A stretch of DNA of 64,000 bases from Eledone cirrhosa (GCA_964016885.1 OZ024741.1:238390001-238454000); one strand, 5' to 3'. Positions 1 through 13,044 are shown, numbered from the stretch's first letter. Translations and numbers: made by a program. Notes: generated by a model not told the origin, from the letters alone.

Positions 1-137
1 GCATAGTTACGTCCCTTTACGGTCTGAGTTCAAATCCCGTCGAGGTTAACTTTGCCTTTCATCCTTACGGGGTCGAAAAAATAAAGTACCAGTAATGCAC
101 TGAGTAATTGCTGGCCTTGTGCCTAAAGTAGAAACAA
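1..137 (+). mobile_element. tRNA-derived SINE, family A (5' part cut by window edge)
   Basis: B-box-like GAGTTCAAATCC near 26-37. Near-identical reverse-complement copies at 5795, 6398 and 20227. Confidence 0.85.
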
Positions 138-719
138 TTATTTTTTTTATTTTTATTTTTTCAGCTTCATGTAACTTTTACCTGATTAAAATAGTTTACA
201 CTTTAACTCTTAACATCCTATAATGATTTAGCAGAAAAGTACAGCTTTATTAATTCAAATGTGTATAATATCTTCACTAGAGGACAGATCATTGTGAAAA
301 TTTGCATTATCAAAATGAAGATGTAAGTATTTAATTTGGTGGAATCAGTTATGCTAAAAATAGTGCTGCATATGCAAGATTGTTAATTGATTCTAAACAT
401 CTTGTAATGATTTCACAGAATACTGTGTCTAAAAAGAAATCTGTTAATTCAAATGTTTATAGTGTCTTTATTAGTGGACAGATCATTGAATATTTATATT
501 AAAGACTTCAATTTTTAATGTGATGCAGTAATAGTGATATTTTGTACATTTCAAGACTGTCTGTTATTGTAGTTTCATGTAGCACAGGGTATAAGTTAAG
601 TATTTTATGTAATACATGTATATTACAATAACAAGTGTTACTGTTATAAATATGATAGAACTGTGTCAGTATGTTTATAAAACATCAATATCAACTATTG
701 TTAATATTTAGTAAATTAC

Positions 720-867
720 CTGATGTCTGGTGTGTAATATCTCCTTCACTCCATCCACGTTTATGCTCTCTCTGAGATGGTAATGTATCACTGAGGTTGT
801 TTGATGTCACAGTACTGCTGGTGTCATCTTGCTCACACGATCCATCTGAAAACTGCTTATTATAGAT
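720..867 (-). CDS. PCDH: Protocadherin g1, cytoplasmic exon (IYNKQFSDGSCEQ...HQTS)
   Basis: cag|ATC acceptor in phase 0 matches the large-exon donor; TCAG|gtaatt donor. Length is 148 nt in all seven paralogs. Confidence 0.88.
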
Positions 868-2082
868 CTGCCAGGAAATAACATGCACATTTGAGAGTTT
901 AGAAGACACAACATTATGTATTTATAAGAAAACTAGATTGACAATCATTCAACTGTAAAATTGAAGAGATTTATCTTTAATACATTCAAATGCATATATA
1001 TGTTTCTTTATTTCATTTTCTGATCTATAGTTGTTAAATTTACATTATTTACAGAGATCTCATCTCCATACTCTATACTTCAACTTCTCTCCATACTCAT
1101 ATCTATACTTCAACCCATATACATACTTTTATAGTTCAACTAATCTCAATATTCTATACTTCAAATCATCTCTATATACTTCATAGATGACTTGATCAAA
1201 CACTTTTGAATTAACTTAGATACATGAGGTTGTATTTCTTTGAGATGCGATATCTTATATTGAGGTAAATTTCTTGTACTTAGAATTAATTTCAGTGTTT
1301 TTTGTGATATTTGTAGTGTTGCTTAGATTGATCAAATACACTTAGTCAACATTAATGAAGCGGCCAAAAATGAAGGACTTTCCCACCATGGCTGTCCTGT
1401 CATCTTCATATATTAAGGTGGGGGTGTGTTTGACTACATTATTTAAAAAAAGACACATAAATATATCTGATCTGGTAAAATTAAGTATATAACAAAATCT
1501 ACAGTTAGGTTTATTTTAAAGAAAATTTTATTCAATGATAGAAAGATCTTCCAGAAGTTTGACATCTATAGGATTAGACACTTAAAATGGGACATTACAG
1601 GAGAATATAAAGAAAAGAAGAAAGATGTCTTAACAAAAATAGTGCACATAAAAATAATGATTTTCAAGGTAAATCAAGCTCAAACTGACCACACTAGCTA
1701 CAATTACATAAATCAATTACAGTAAATCAATAACTAGTAAATATAATAAACCTGATGTTAGTATGGATGTTATTCAACTTCTGAGATAATGATCATGCTT
1801 ATAATATTTCAGATTTGAGTATACAGAATACTTCTAAGGGGATGATGTATATAAAATCGGAAAATGTTCATTTTCTTTTTTAACTTTACTGATTTTGAAT
1901 TACTATTTTTTAAAGATCTATGAAATTTTGTTAAGATAAGACAGGAATACATCTAAAATAAATTTTACTGATATTATTAAAACATATCAAAACAATATAA
2001 AGAAGGTTAGAAATACATTTATATAGTTAAATGTAAAAAGAGTAAAAGTAATTAATGAGAAATGGCTATATTATATGGGTAC

Positions 2083-4479
2083 CTGTGGAACTGGTGGAAG
2101 TCGTCTGGGTGTTGTTGAGAATTTCCAGTCATTGGTTAACTGTTCCATCTCTGGATAATATGGACTTTTAGGGTTTATTGACTGAAGATTTCTAGCAAAT
2201 ATATCGTCTGCATTTCTGGTTATTGCAACAGGATTGTTGGTGTGATACAATATTTGTCTCATCTCAGTCGGAGATAGGAATTTTGGATTATCTATTGTTG
2301 TAGGTGAGTTATTGGTGTGATTAATACATCTGAAAACACACAGTGTTATTGACACTACAATAGCCACAGATATTATTACAGCTGCTGCTACAATGATAAT
2401 TACCCAAGTCATATTGAGGTTGTTACCAGTCTGTAAGTGGACAGCATTCAACATTGGAGATGTATCATTACTAACAAACAATGTTAGTATGATAACAGTT
2501 GTTGCTGATTGAACTGGAGTACCACCGTCTTTTACTATAAACTGTAGGTCATATGTTCCTGCATCATTTTGGTAAACTACCCGAGAGAAAGATAAGACAC
2601 CAGTATGGGAGTTGACTGTAAACAGGTTTTTATCATTAGATCTCAGTATTCCATATGTGAGGAAAGCATTGTTTCCAGTGTCTTTGTCAGAGGCTTTCAG
2701 AATTGTGATGTCTTTCTTACTGTGTGGATCATAGTGGACATCTAGATTGTAAGGGTCATTAATAGGAAAGGTTAAATAGGGAGCATTATCATTTTTATCT
2801 AGAATCTCAATAACAATATTGGCAGTGTTATTCAGAGAAGGTGTTCCATTATCTTTGACTAAAATCTGGAATTTATAGATGTCTTTTACTTCCCGATCTA
2901 TTGATTGTGATGTAGAAATAAATCCATATTTTGTAAGTTGGAAAGGAATGTTATCATTGTTGTTATCATTGATGATAGAATATGTAAGTTGACCTCCATC
3001 TTCAAGATCAGGGTCTGTAGCATTGATGAAGCCAATAGGGAAGTCAACTTTCTGGTTTTCATAGGTGAGGAATTGGAATGTATCTTTGGTAAAATGTGGC
3101 TGTACATCATTGACATCAGTTACTTTGACAGAGAATTGTTTCTTAGTCTTTAACTCAGGTGATCCCATGTCATGACATAAAATAGATACAACATAGTGAT
3201 CTATAGTTTCTCTATCAAGAGGTTCTTTCACCAATATTTTATATTCTTTAGAACCCATATTAGAAAGTTGAAACATTTTATGGTGAATATTACATTTAAT
3301 TTGTCCATTAGGACCACTATCAGTATCAATCACTATAACATAAGCTATGAAACCACCAATTTTACTTGCTTCTGAAATAGCTGTAGATGTCTCAGTTAAA
3401 GGTGACACAAAATCTATATTTATATTTGGAGCATTATTTTGATTGCTTATTACATTAATAATTAACATTGCTGTAGAACGTAATGAAGGAATCCCATCAT
3501 CCCTAACTTCAATGTCCAGTTTGTAATTTTGCTGTATATTTTTGTAAAAATTCTCATTTAAAAATAGCTCACCATTTGGTTTGAGTTTAAAGTTTCTTTC
3601 TGCATATGAACTTGTTCTTTGGTAAAAGTTATAAGTAACATTTCCATTTCGACCTGAATCTAAATCTGTAGCTGATATAACAAACACAGGAGAAGATATG
3701 TGATGTGTATCACTAATGGTGATATTGTATGTTTGTTGAGAAAACATAGGCCTGTTATCATTGACATCTATAACAGATATTTCTATGCTTAGAAAACCTT
3801 CTTTTGGAGGTGAACCTCCATCTTTAGCCACTAACTGTAACATATAAGTGTCTTTTAGTTCTCTGTCTAACAATCCTTGTAGAGTAATTTTAAGTATATT
3901 CATTCCATCAGATTCTTTAAATATGGATAGTGAGAATTTTTTACTTTTATCTTTAAGTTTATATGTGATGTTTGAATTGAGAACACCAATGTCTTTATCA
4001 ACAGCATTTGGTATTGATTTTGTTGATCCTTTAGCATCTGTTTCATCAAATTCTAATTTTATTTCTTTTCTATGATAGTTGGGTTGGTGGTCATTAATAT
4101 CATCTATAACTATTTTAATCTTTAATATCTTTAGGAACGTTTCTTCTTTCCTCACAGCTACTTTAACAATCCTGAAACATTCTTTCTTGTAAATACAAAG
4201 TATTTCAGCATCCAGTGTCTGTGTCGTATATAGCTTTCCTGTGTTGGTGACATTGAATAAGTGAGAACCACTTGACACTGTCCTTTGTAGTTGTGTAAAT
4301 GTAATGAGAGTGTGTTGTTTATGTGTGAGAAAGTGTGTTAAGTTAGAATCAACAGCAATGTCTCCGATATAGGTGTGAGGTCTGTCTTCTTCATTGACAT
4401 GGTATGTAATGTCTATCGACACAACAAAATATATCAGTCCATAGAAAAGATAAAACTCTAGGGTGTTGATTATAATCAT
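2083..4479 (-). CDS. PCDH: Protocadherin g1, large exon (signal peptide, 6 EC repeats, TM, proximal tail)
   Basis: 802-aa ORF with DRE, DxNDxxP and AxDGG motifs, EC1 Cys pair LCIYKKEC and TM WVIIIVAAAVIISVAIVV. Acceptor at 4521-4522; donor CAG|gtaccc at 2082. Confidence 0.96.
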
Positions 4480-4934
4480 TGTTGTAATTCATTATTATTC
4501 ACAAATATATATTTCCAAATCTAAAAAAGAAAAAAAAGATATATATATTTGTGAATACACATCTTTAAAACTAAAACAGAAAAGTAAACAAGATTGTGTA
4601 ATTATACCATTGTATATGAAAGATTTATTTATGTGAAATCCATATATTCTAAGTATCTAAAATTTATCCATAGCAAATATAGTTAATATATAAATAGTAT
4701 ACACCTCATATATGCTCTTGGGCCGTTTACATAAAAACGAGTTACTGGTTATTGCATCAGAGACTATATCATATCATCAGCAAAACATTTTTTAAAAAGC
4801 ACTACAAATATGTTTAAGTTATCTCATTATTTCACACCTATGTGGTTTTAGCTAATATGTTATGAGTTTGCATCTCATAGGAGCTTCCTTGTGTGTTTAA
4901 ATAATAGTGGTCCCAGTCATGCTATAAAAAGACC

Positions 4935-5090
4935 TTCCAGGACTGGATGCAAGTCTCTTGAGGGTTAACTTCCAGCTGCTGCTGGTATTAATTTATTTTT
5001 CAGCTGAGTGGACTGGAGCAACAAGAAATGAAGCAGCTGTCTAGGAATCAAAACTTCTGTTCATGGGTCCAACTCCCTCACCACTAGTCT
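4935..5090 (-). mobile_element. Degenerate CORE-like SINE fragment (family B)
   Basis: cagctgagtggactggagcaacaagaaatgaag resembles the fuller copy at 24330-24600. Confidence 0.5.
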
Positions 5091-5794
5091 GTACAACAGC
5101 TGTTTTTTCTAGATTAAACTTTTGTAATCAGGATGACAAGAAAAGAGAATTTAATATACATAGTTGAACTTCTCAAACTAAAAATCTTCTTCCACACTTA
5201 GAGTTCAGACCATTGAGAAAGTTAATTCCATACTTGCTGAACCCTAAAGAAACAAGAATATTTTCACTGTTAGGATGGGAGTCTAATATTCAAGCAACCT
5301 ACCTTTTGATTACAAAAGTAGAACAAGAAAATAAGTATATTCTTCAAAATTTCATTCTTTTTCTATCTAAACTAATCTGATTTCTATAGATACATTGTGA
5401 CAATCAATGTTACCTGAACACTAACCAAGTATATCCATCATCTAATTTGGTTTCTGTAACTACACACACACACACACAAAAAACAACATTATTTTCAATC
5501 ATACAATCATAATTCTTCTTTAAATTTAAAATTCTAGCAGTTGTATTGATAAATTCTGAGAATTAAACGCATATGCAAACTTACAGAACGGAATATTTCA
5601 TAAATATCATATTATTTGTTAAATTTTTAAATATATTTTTTGAATTTTATAAAGATGTCTAACAAAACTGCCTTCTCTTTTTGGAAAGGAATAACACTAT
5701 TAACATATATCTCTTAAAAACTTTAGAGTTGTTCCCCCTTTTAATTCTTTCTATAGTTCTTTTATTAAGTTTTTATTGTTTATAAAGTTTTAAT

Positions 5795-5890
5795 TGTTTC
5801 TACTTTAGGCACAAGGCCAGCAAAACTCAGTACATTACTGGTACTTTATTTTATCGACCCCGTAAGGATGAAAGGCAAAGTTAACCTCGA
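5795..5890 (-). mobile_element. 5'-truncated SINE family A with 11-bp TSD
   Basis: TSD aaagttttaat at 5784-5794 and 5891-5901. Confidence 0.85.
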
Positions 5891-6304
5891 AAAGTTTTAA
5901 TACAAGATGATTATATGAGTTGTGTATTTTGAAATATTTAAATTGTTTTCTAACTAATGCAACTCTATATTACACAAATATTATCTAAAATTGCTTGTAA
6001 TTATATATTGATGTAGAGAATAAATGGGAGGAGGAGAGACCACCCTCAACTTACCCAGCTATTAAAGTTGACAAATATAGGGTCAACAAGCAATCAAGGA
6101 GATGATGAATGGTAAAACTGCATTACTGTCAGAGATAGTTTCTGAGATGCTAAAAGCACTGACAGAAGTAGGAGTCCAACTAGTAACCCACGTAGTCAAT
6201 CAGATAATACAGGACGTCATACTCAATGACTAGTGCAGCAGTACAATCATAAATTGCTATGAGGGGAAAAGGTCATGCTCTAGAAAGGAATAACAATAGA
6301 AGAA

Positions 6305-6986
6305 TCTAAACTATAATAAATTAGGAGTGCGGGACTGTACGGTTTATTTCTTTTAATCCAGTTAGTAAAATAAGTTGGATTACTTTGAATAAATAATTGT
6401 TTCTATTTTAGGCACAAGGCCAGCAATTACCCAGTGCATTACTGGTACTTTATTTTATCGACCCCGTAAGGATGAAAGGCAAAGTCAACCTCGGCGGGAT
6501 TTGAACTCAGATCGTAAAGGGACGTAACTATGCTAGAAAGCATGGCGTCCGACCCTCTACTGATACTGCCAATCCACCGCCCTTACTTTGAATAAATAAT
6601 GAATGAATATTACATAATTTATCTACAAAATTTTGTAGCTGTTGATTAAATATATTTTATTGCTTATTTAAAGATTCACTTCTTTAAAATTTTGAAATGT
6701 AAACATTCCGGTTAGCAATCGCTTAAATAAACATTCATATATTTCCGTCACTAATTTTCTCCTAATGCAGTTTATATATAATATCGTCTTTTTTTAATGT
6801 ATCATGGATTACGTTACTGATTACATAAGAGAGTGTAACACAGTCTTCGTTCAATTTCTGTGTATATTGTCAATTACGATTTTATTTGATGTATCATATC
6901 TACATACATATATACTTGCGTATAATATAAATATGCACACTACACATATTAGCAGAAAACCACCCTTCGGGGGATTTTTCTGCTAG
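6305..6986 (+). mobile_element. Non-autonomous Helitron-like element
   Basis: 5' TC; 3' hairpin gcagaaaaccacccttcgggggatttttctgc then CTAG. Inserted at A|T with no TSD; the RTE frame rejoins exactly when it is removed. Confidence 0.8.
6398..6582 (-). mobile_element. Full-length SINE family A with 18-bp TSD
   Basis: TSD ttactttgaataaataat at 6380-6397 and 6583-6600; tRNA-like head on the minus strand. Confidence 0.92.
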
Positions 6987-9076
6987 TGAAACTAATGGAC
7001 CAAGTTCTGAAAGTGATGGAAAGAGTTATAGCACAGCTAATTAGGGAAAGTGTCAAATAAGATGAGATGCAGTTTGGTTTCATGCCAAAGTAGTACAGGT
7101 GTCCTCTTTTTAATGGGGCAACTATAAGAGAAGTTCCCAGCCAAGAATAAGCTGCTCTATTTAACTTTTGTTGATATAGAAAAGGACTTTGACAGAGTAC
7201 CTCAATCGATTATCTGGTGGTCCTTAAGGAAATTAGGTGTAGAAAAATTGCTTATGAGAACAGTGCAAGCCATGTACAGAGGAGCTGTCAGTAAAGTGAG
7301 AGTAGGAAGTGAGATTAGTGAGGAATTGAAAGTACAAGTAAGAGTTCATTAGGGTTCAGTTCTTAGCCTACTGCTATCCATCATAGTTCTCCAGACCATA
7401 ATAGAGAAATTTAAGACTTGCTGTCCATAGGAACTGCTCTATATGGATGATCTAATTCCTATAGCTGAATCCATAAAAGAACTAGAGAATAAGTTCTGGC
7501 TATGGAAACAGAAGTAAACTTAGCCAAAACTAAAGTGCTAGTGAGTAGGAAAGAAGATAGGTCCCTAATTCCCTTAAGTGGTTCTACGCAATGTGTAGAA
7601 AAGGAGTAAGCATAAACTCTATACGATGTACACAGTGTAAATCTTAGTCTACCTACATCTCTTGTGTATCTAACAGGAAGGGAAGATTGACTGTAAAAGA
7701 TGCACAATGGTAATTGAAGGGAAGAGCATAAGTGATATAAAACTTTTCCAATCACATGAAGGATCCATAGAAGTGGTTTGATAATTTCTGCTATCTAGGT
7801 AACTAAATTAGCAGCAGAGGAGGGTTTTCTGAGAGCATAATAGCTATAATAACATTAGGATAGAAGAAGTTTAGAGAGCTACTTCCACTGTTGGCAATAA
7901 AAGGTTTCTTGTTACATACAAAAGGATGACTGTATGATGCCTGTGTGGGAAGTACAATGCTGCATGGTAGTGAAACATGGGCAGTGACTGCTGAGGACAT
8001 GCATAGACTGGAGAGAAATGAGGCAACAATACTTCATTGGATGTGCAATGTAAATGTGAAAGAAAGGCAGAACTTGGGTGAATTGGGAGAGAAACTGGGT
8101 TTAAGAGGAATCGAAGTGGTGTGCAAAAGACAAGACTGCGTTGGAAGGATATGTGTTGTGCATGGATGGTGATTGCTGGGCTAAGAAGTGCCAAGAAATC
8201 ATAGTGGAAGGAAGCTGTAGTAGAGGTAGACCAAGGAAGACTTGAACAGAGATGGTGAGAGCTGATCTAAAATCGCTGAGATTTACAGAGGAGATGACAA
8301 AGGAATGCAGTGAGTGGAGAGATACTGTGCTGTAAAGGACCCATCCAACCCGTGCAAGCATAAAAAAACATGTAAAAACTATGATGATGATAGTAGCTAT
8401 TAATTTCTGTTGAGACAGGTTATCTATCTTGGAGGGTAATAACTGTAAATAAGAACTAAATTAGGGTACAGATGGCTCTTATTTCTCTTACATGGGATAA
8501 CCACTCTAGTACCAGAGGCACAATAAAATGCACTCAGTCCATGCTGTTAAACACACACAACAATGTTTTCTCTGTTACTATTTGTGTTAGATGACTAGGA
8601 CTATGCCAAGACTTCTCCAACTGTCCATGCCAGCATGGAAAAACTGATTTACAGTTTGATCCTTATTAAATGAATTTTGGTTTAACATTAGAAATTGTTT
8701 ATTCAGTTAATATATACCTATGAAATTATATAAATTAAATAATAAATATATTAAAATCTTAACATTCATAATGTTAAGATTGTTGTTGTTGAGTGGATCT
8801 GATCAGATTTGATTCAGATTATATTCAGATTTGGTCTCGTCTAAAAACATGCTATATCATATATGCTGTTATCTAAGTTTTAGGTATAAAATGAAATTCA
8901 GAACAGTTTCTTTTTGTATAACTTGTGGTAAATATGAAGTGTGTATTTTTTGTCTCACCTTAACATTTTTTTAACGGTTTAGTTTTGTTTAGGAGAAATT
9001 ATATTTCTAGTCAGTTTTAGCAAATACGTTCATGCATGTTAGTGATTGCTGAGAAACAAATATGTAGATACATACA

Positions 9077-10053
9077 TCTCTCTCTCTATATAAAATTCTT
9101 TGTCCCTGTCTGTTTCCTATGCATTCTCAAACGGCTCGACCAAATCAAATCAAATTTTACAAGACCCCCAGGAGTATCATATATTTTTTATTTTCATTTG
9201 GATTAAAACAATATAACATTTTATTTAAAATAATCTTTCTATAGTCAACTATAGTAAACCACCACCACAACGATGATGACGACATCACATTTTGTATGTG
9301 AGTGTGTATGTGTCTGTGAGTGTATGTGTGTTTGCGTGTTTGTTATGTATGTTAGGCCTTAGAGAATTAAACACACAGACATCTACACATACATATAGCC
9401 TTAGTAAGTTGCATACACATTATCTTCACACATAAACAATTAAACACACACACTTATCTACACATACAGATACATATGTGATGAATGACAAGTAATAGGT
9501 GTGGATGAATGTGTCTGTCTTAGTATATGAGTGCATGTGAGATAATTGTTATTTTCATTTGGATTAAAACAATAGAAAACAACACAATGACGTCACATTT
9601 TATATATGAATATGTATGTGTCTGTGAGTGCATGTGTGCACATTCATTAGGTACGTTATTAAATACAAACACACATCTACATATACATATGTGGCAACTG
9701 ACAAAAAAATGAGGTGAAAAGCTGTGTGTGTGTCTGCGTGAATGTATGTCTGTGTGTGTCTGTCTTAGTATATGTATGTGAGAGTGTATGTGTGTGAGTG
9801 TGTAGCAACAATTTATTTATTTGGACACCAACAAAAAATTACACAATGAATATTGTTTACTCTAAGGTGCTTCAAGATTGACAGATTTTAATTTCTAAGT
9901 TCTATTATTATTACAATTTTGATATTTAAAAAAAAATAAAATATAGATATTTTGAAATAATTATGAGAAAAAAAAAACATATCTTCATATTTATTGTTTA
10001 CTAATCTGAATAAGAACAGCAGTAACCTGGGCAACACCGGATAATTCATCTAG
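9077..10053 (+). mobile_element. Non-autonomous Helitron-like element with internal (GT)/(CA)-rich duplications
   Basis: A|TC start; ends with imperfect hairpin cctgggcaacaccgg then CTAG|T. Internal repeat ~9190-9330 recurs at ~9550-9630. Confidence 0.75.
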
Positions 10054-10149
10054 TACATATATATATCTTAATGATAGTGACAATTAAATTATTGAGTGAG
10101 TGGGAAAACAACCAAAGGCATATTAGTCCTATTTGAAGCTTTGTTTCAG

Positions 10150-10163
10150 TATGTATATGTATG

Positions 10164-10222
<59 letters not shown>
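10150..10222. repeat. (TA)n microsatellite
   Basis: Seen directly. Confidence 0.97.
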
Positions 10223-10225
<3 letters not shown>

Positions 10226-10830
10226 AGGTCACCAGTTGGTGCTACTGGTAACATGTGTCCCAGTACAACCTGTCCCATGGTCGGGTCGTTGGCGACTAAA
10301 CTGGCAACCCCACCAAGTTTTCTTGGTGAGGAGGGTGACTTTGGACATCCTGCAGGACTAAAAACAAAACCTGTAAAAGGGCAAAGGAGCTCTTAAGAGT
10401 CAATGGCCATTCAAAATCACTGGGAGAGATGACCCCTTAGCCTTTGTCAAGGCAGAATTCTAGAAGAAGGAAAACTCTGATATAACACCTGCAACCCTGA
10501 TGGTATCCAATGATGTTAACTTGTTCTTCTTTTTGGTAAATATCATCTTGGTCAAGAGAGTGGGACTGGCTTTGTGCAGTGCCTTTGCTCACTATAAAAG
10601 CTTCACGGCACAGGCATTGCTTTATATCTGGAGATCTCTCTGCACTTGTCGTCACATGGTACCATGGGCCCAGCACTATGTGTCAATAATTGTCACAAGT
10701 GTTGTGTTTGTACCAGGGTTTTCAAGTCGCTGGCTGGACTAAAAAGTCACACTTGTTCAGCGCATCGGTAGGGGTTCTCCTACATGGATATAAAGTAGTG
10801 GCCGTACTCGAAAACGAGTTGGCAGCCACC
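10223..10830 (+). mobile_element. Internally deleted RTE-like element (5'UTR-like part joined to a C2H2 zinc-finger 3' end) in (TA)n
   Basis: gaaggaaaactctga motif recalled from RTE 5'UTRs. 10694-10771 reads HKCCVCTRVFKSLAGLKSHTCSAHR*. Flanked by TA repeats. Confidence 0.6.
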
Positions 10831-10852
10831 ATATATATATATATAATAAATA

Positions 10853-11100
10853 TAATCTGAGTTTTTCAAATATTAATAATAATATTCGATTCGTTTGCAA
10901 TTATGCAAACAGCTTCTTTTATAAGCCATGTCAGTAGAATGGGCCTTGTTTGCATGCAAACAGAACTGCTCTTCTGTTTACATGCCAACAGAAGAGTGAG
11001 AATGAGGGGCTCATTCTATTGACATGGCTTATAAAAGAGGCTGTTTACATAATTGCAAATGAATCGAATATTATTATTAATATTTGAAAAACTCTGATTA
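10853..11100. mobile_element. MITE/foldback element with ~90-bp inverted arms
   Basis: taatctgagtttttcaaatattaataataatattcgattc... is mirrored by ...gaatcgaatattattattaatatttgaaaaactctgatta. Confidence 0.85.
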
Positions 11101-11383
11101 CATTTATTGTATTCAGCCATCTAGAGTGATAACTAGTTGTTATATATATAAATAAATGTATGTATAGTATGTATACTAGATGCTTAATTAAAAACATTTT
11201 GAAGACCATTTGCTATGAGTTTTAAAGTAGTGACTGTCACTTATTTATTCTCAGCAAAAACAATGGAGAGTGATCGACAGTCTGTTTCTCGCTTGTTAGC
11301 GTTTATCAAGACCACACACTCCCTTGCCTTTGCCAATAATTATAGAAGCTGGATTCTTATAGAACTCCAGTAATATTTAAGAG

Positions 11384-11386
<3 letters not shown>

Positions 11387-11440
<54 letters not shown>
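11387..11440. repeat. (TA)n microsatellite
   Basis: Seen directly. Confidence 0.97.
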
Positions 11441-11444
<4 letters not shown>

Positions 11445-11828
11445 AGAAATTTCGTATTTCTGAAGAAATACGATTTTAGAAAGCCGTAGCCATGCAAACA
11501 CCATGGGCAAACGCCCTCTGGTGGTATCCAGCAGAAGCAAGAGGGGACAACTGTCTATGCATTTCAGGCTTGACTGGCCTTCGTCAGGACGGTCCTTCCC
11601 ACCGCTTGCTACTGCTGGACTTGAAAGCAGTCGAGAATATATAGTTTTCTCGTCTGTGTAAATGAGGTGATTAATCTCATTTGCATATGAAGCTGCATAA
11701 GTTGGCTCAACTTATAATAGAAAAGAAATAAGATTTCGCTTCAAGCATAGCTTTATACAATATGTATAGAAATTTCGTATTTCTAAAGAAATACGGTTTT
11801 AGGAAGCCGTAGCTATGCAAACACCGGG
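11440..11828 (-). mobile_element. Penelope-like pseudo-LTR / retrozyme-like unit (~324-bp monomer plus partial second copy)
   Basis: ~62-bp direct repeat at 11440-11502 and 11763-11825; contains a hammerhead core; sits between TA tracts. Confidence 0.65.
11550..11593 (-). ncRNA. Minimal type I hammerhead ribozyme
   Basis: Minus strand: ACCGTC-CTGACGA-AGGC-cagtcaa-GCCT-GAA-ATGCAT-A-GACAGT. Has CUGANGA and GAAA cores, 4-bp stem II, palindromic stem III and 5 of 6 bp in stem I. Confidence 0.75.
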
Positions 11829-11829
11829 A

Positions 11830-11840
11830 ATATACATATA

Positions 11841-11892
<52 letters not shown>

Positions 11893-11915
11893 CATATATA
11901 TACATATACATATAC

Positions 11916-11950
<35 letters not shown>

Positions 11951-12023
11951 GATATATACATATATACATATATACATATATATACATATACATATATACA
12001 TATATATACATATATATATACAC

Positions 12024-12076
<53 letters not shown>

Positions 12077-12209
12077 TATATATATATACACACATATATA
12101 TATATATATACACATATATATATATATACACATATATATATATATATACACATATATATATATATATACACATATATATATATATACACATATATATATA
12201 TATATACAC

Positions 12210-12240
<31 letters not shown>

Positions 12241-12683
12241 TATATATATACACATATATATATATACATAAATATACATATACACATATACATATACACA
12301 TATACATATACACATATATATATATATATATACATATATATACATATATATATATATACCTATATATATATATACCTATATATATATATACCTATATATA
12401 TATATATACCTATATATATATATACCTATATATATATATATACCTATATATATATATATATACCTATATATATATATACACCTATATATATATATATATA
12501 TACCTATATATATATATACACCTATATATATATACATATATATATATACATATATATATATACATATATATATATACATATATATATATATACATATATA
12601 TATATACACATATATATATATACATATATATACATATATATACATATATATACATATATATACATATATATACATATATATAC

Positions 12684-12747
<64 letters not shown>

Positions 12748-12841
12748 TTGTTTTTATATATATATACATATACATATATATATATACATATATATATATA
12801 CATATATATATATACATATATATATATACATATATATATAC

Positions 12842-12872
<31 letters not shown>

Positions 12873-12895
12873 CATATATATATATACATATATGC

Positions 12896-12942
<47 letters not shown>

Positions 12943-13013
12943 CATATATATATACATATATATATATACATATATACATATACATATATACATATACATA
13001 TATATATATATAC

Positions 13014-13044
<31 letters not shown>

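Larger units (their letters stand above)
6070..8392 (+). mobile_element. Decayed RTE-clade LINE (RT region to 3' tail), interrupted by a Helitron-like insert
   Basis: Fragments read KLMDQVLKVMERVIAQL, QFGFMP, YMDDL, MLHGSETWA and RGRPRKT; ends in an (ATG)n tail. Confidence 0.88.

Noticed and set aside
250-490. Degenerate ~45-bp direct repeat (taattcaaatg...ggacagatcattg) as exons or a regulatory array
   Set aside because: Two copies only, no splice signals and no counterpart in other units; a local duplication.
2898-3153. Recurrent 71-79 aa alternative-frame and antisense ORFs inside each protocadherin exon
   Set aside because: They recur only because the host exons are near-identical; no independent coding signal.
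6500-6582. tRNA gene
   Set aside because: The A/B boxes belong to a SINE head bounded by a TSD; no cloverleaf evident.
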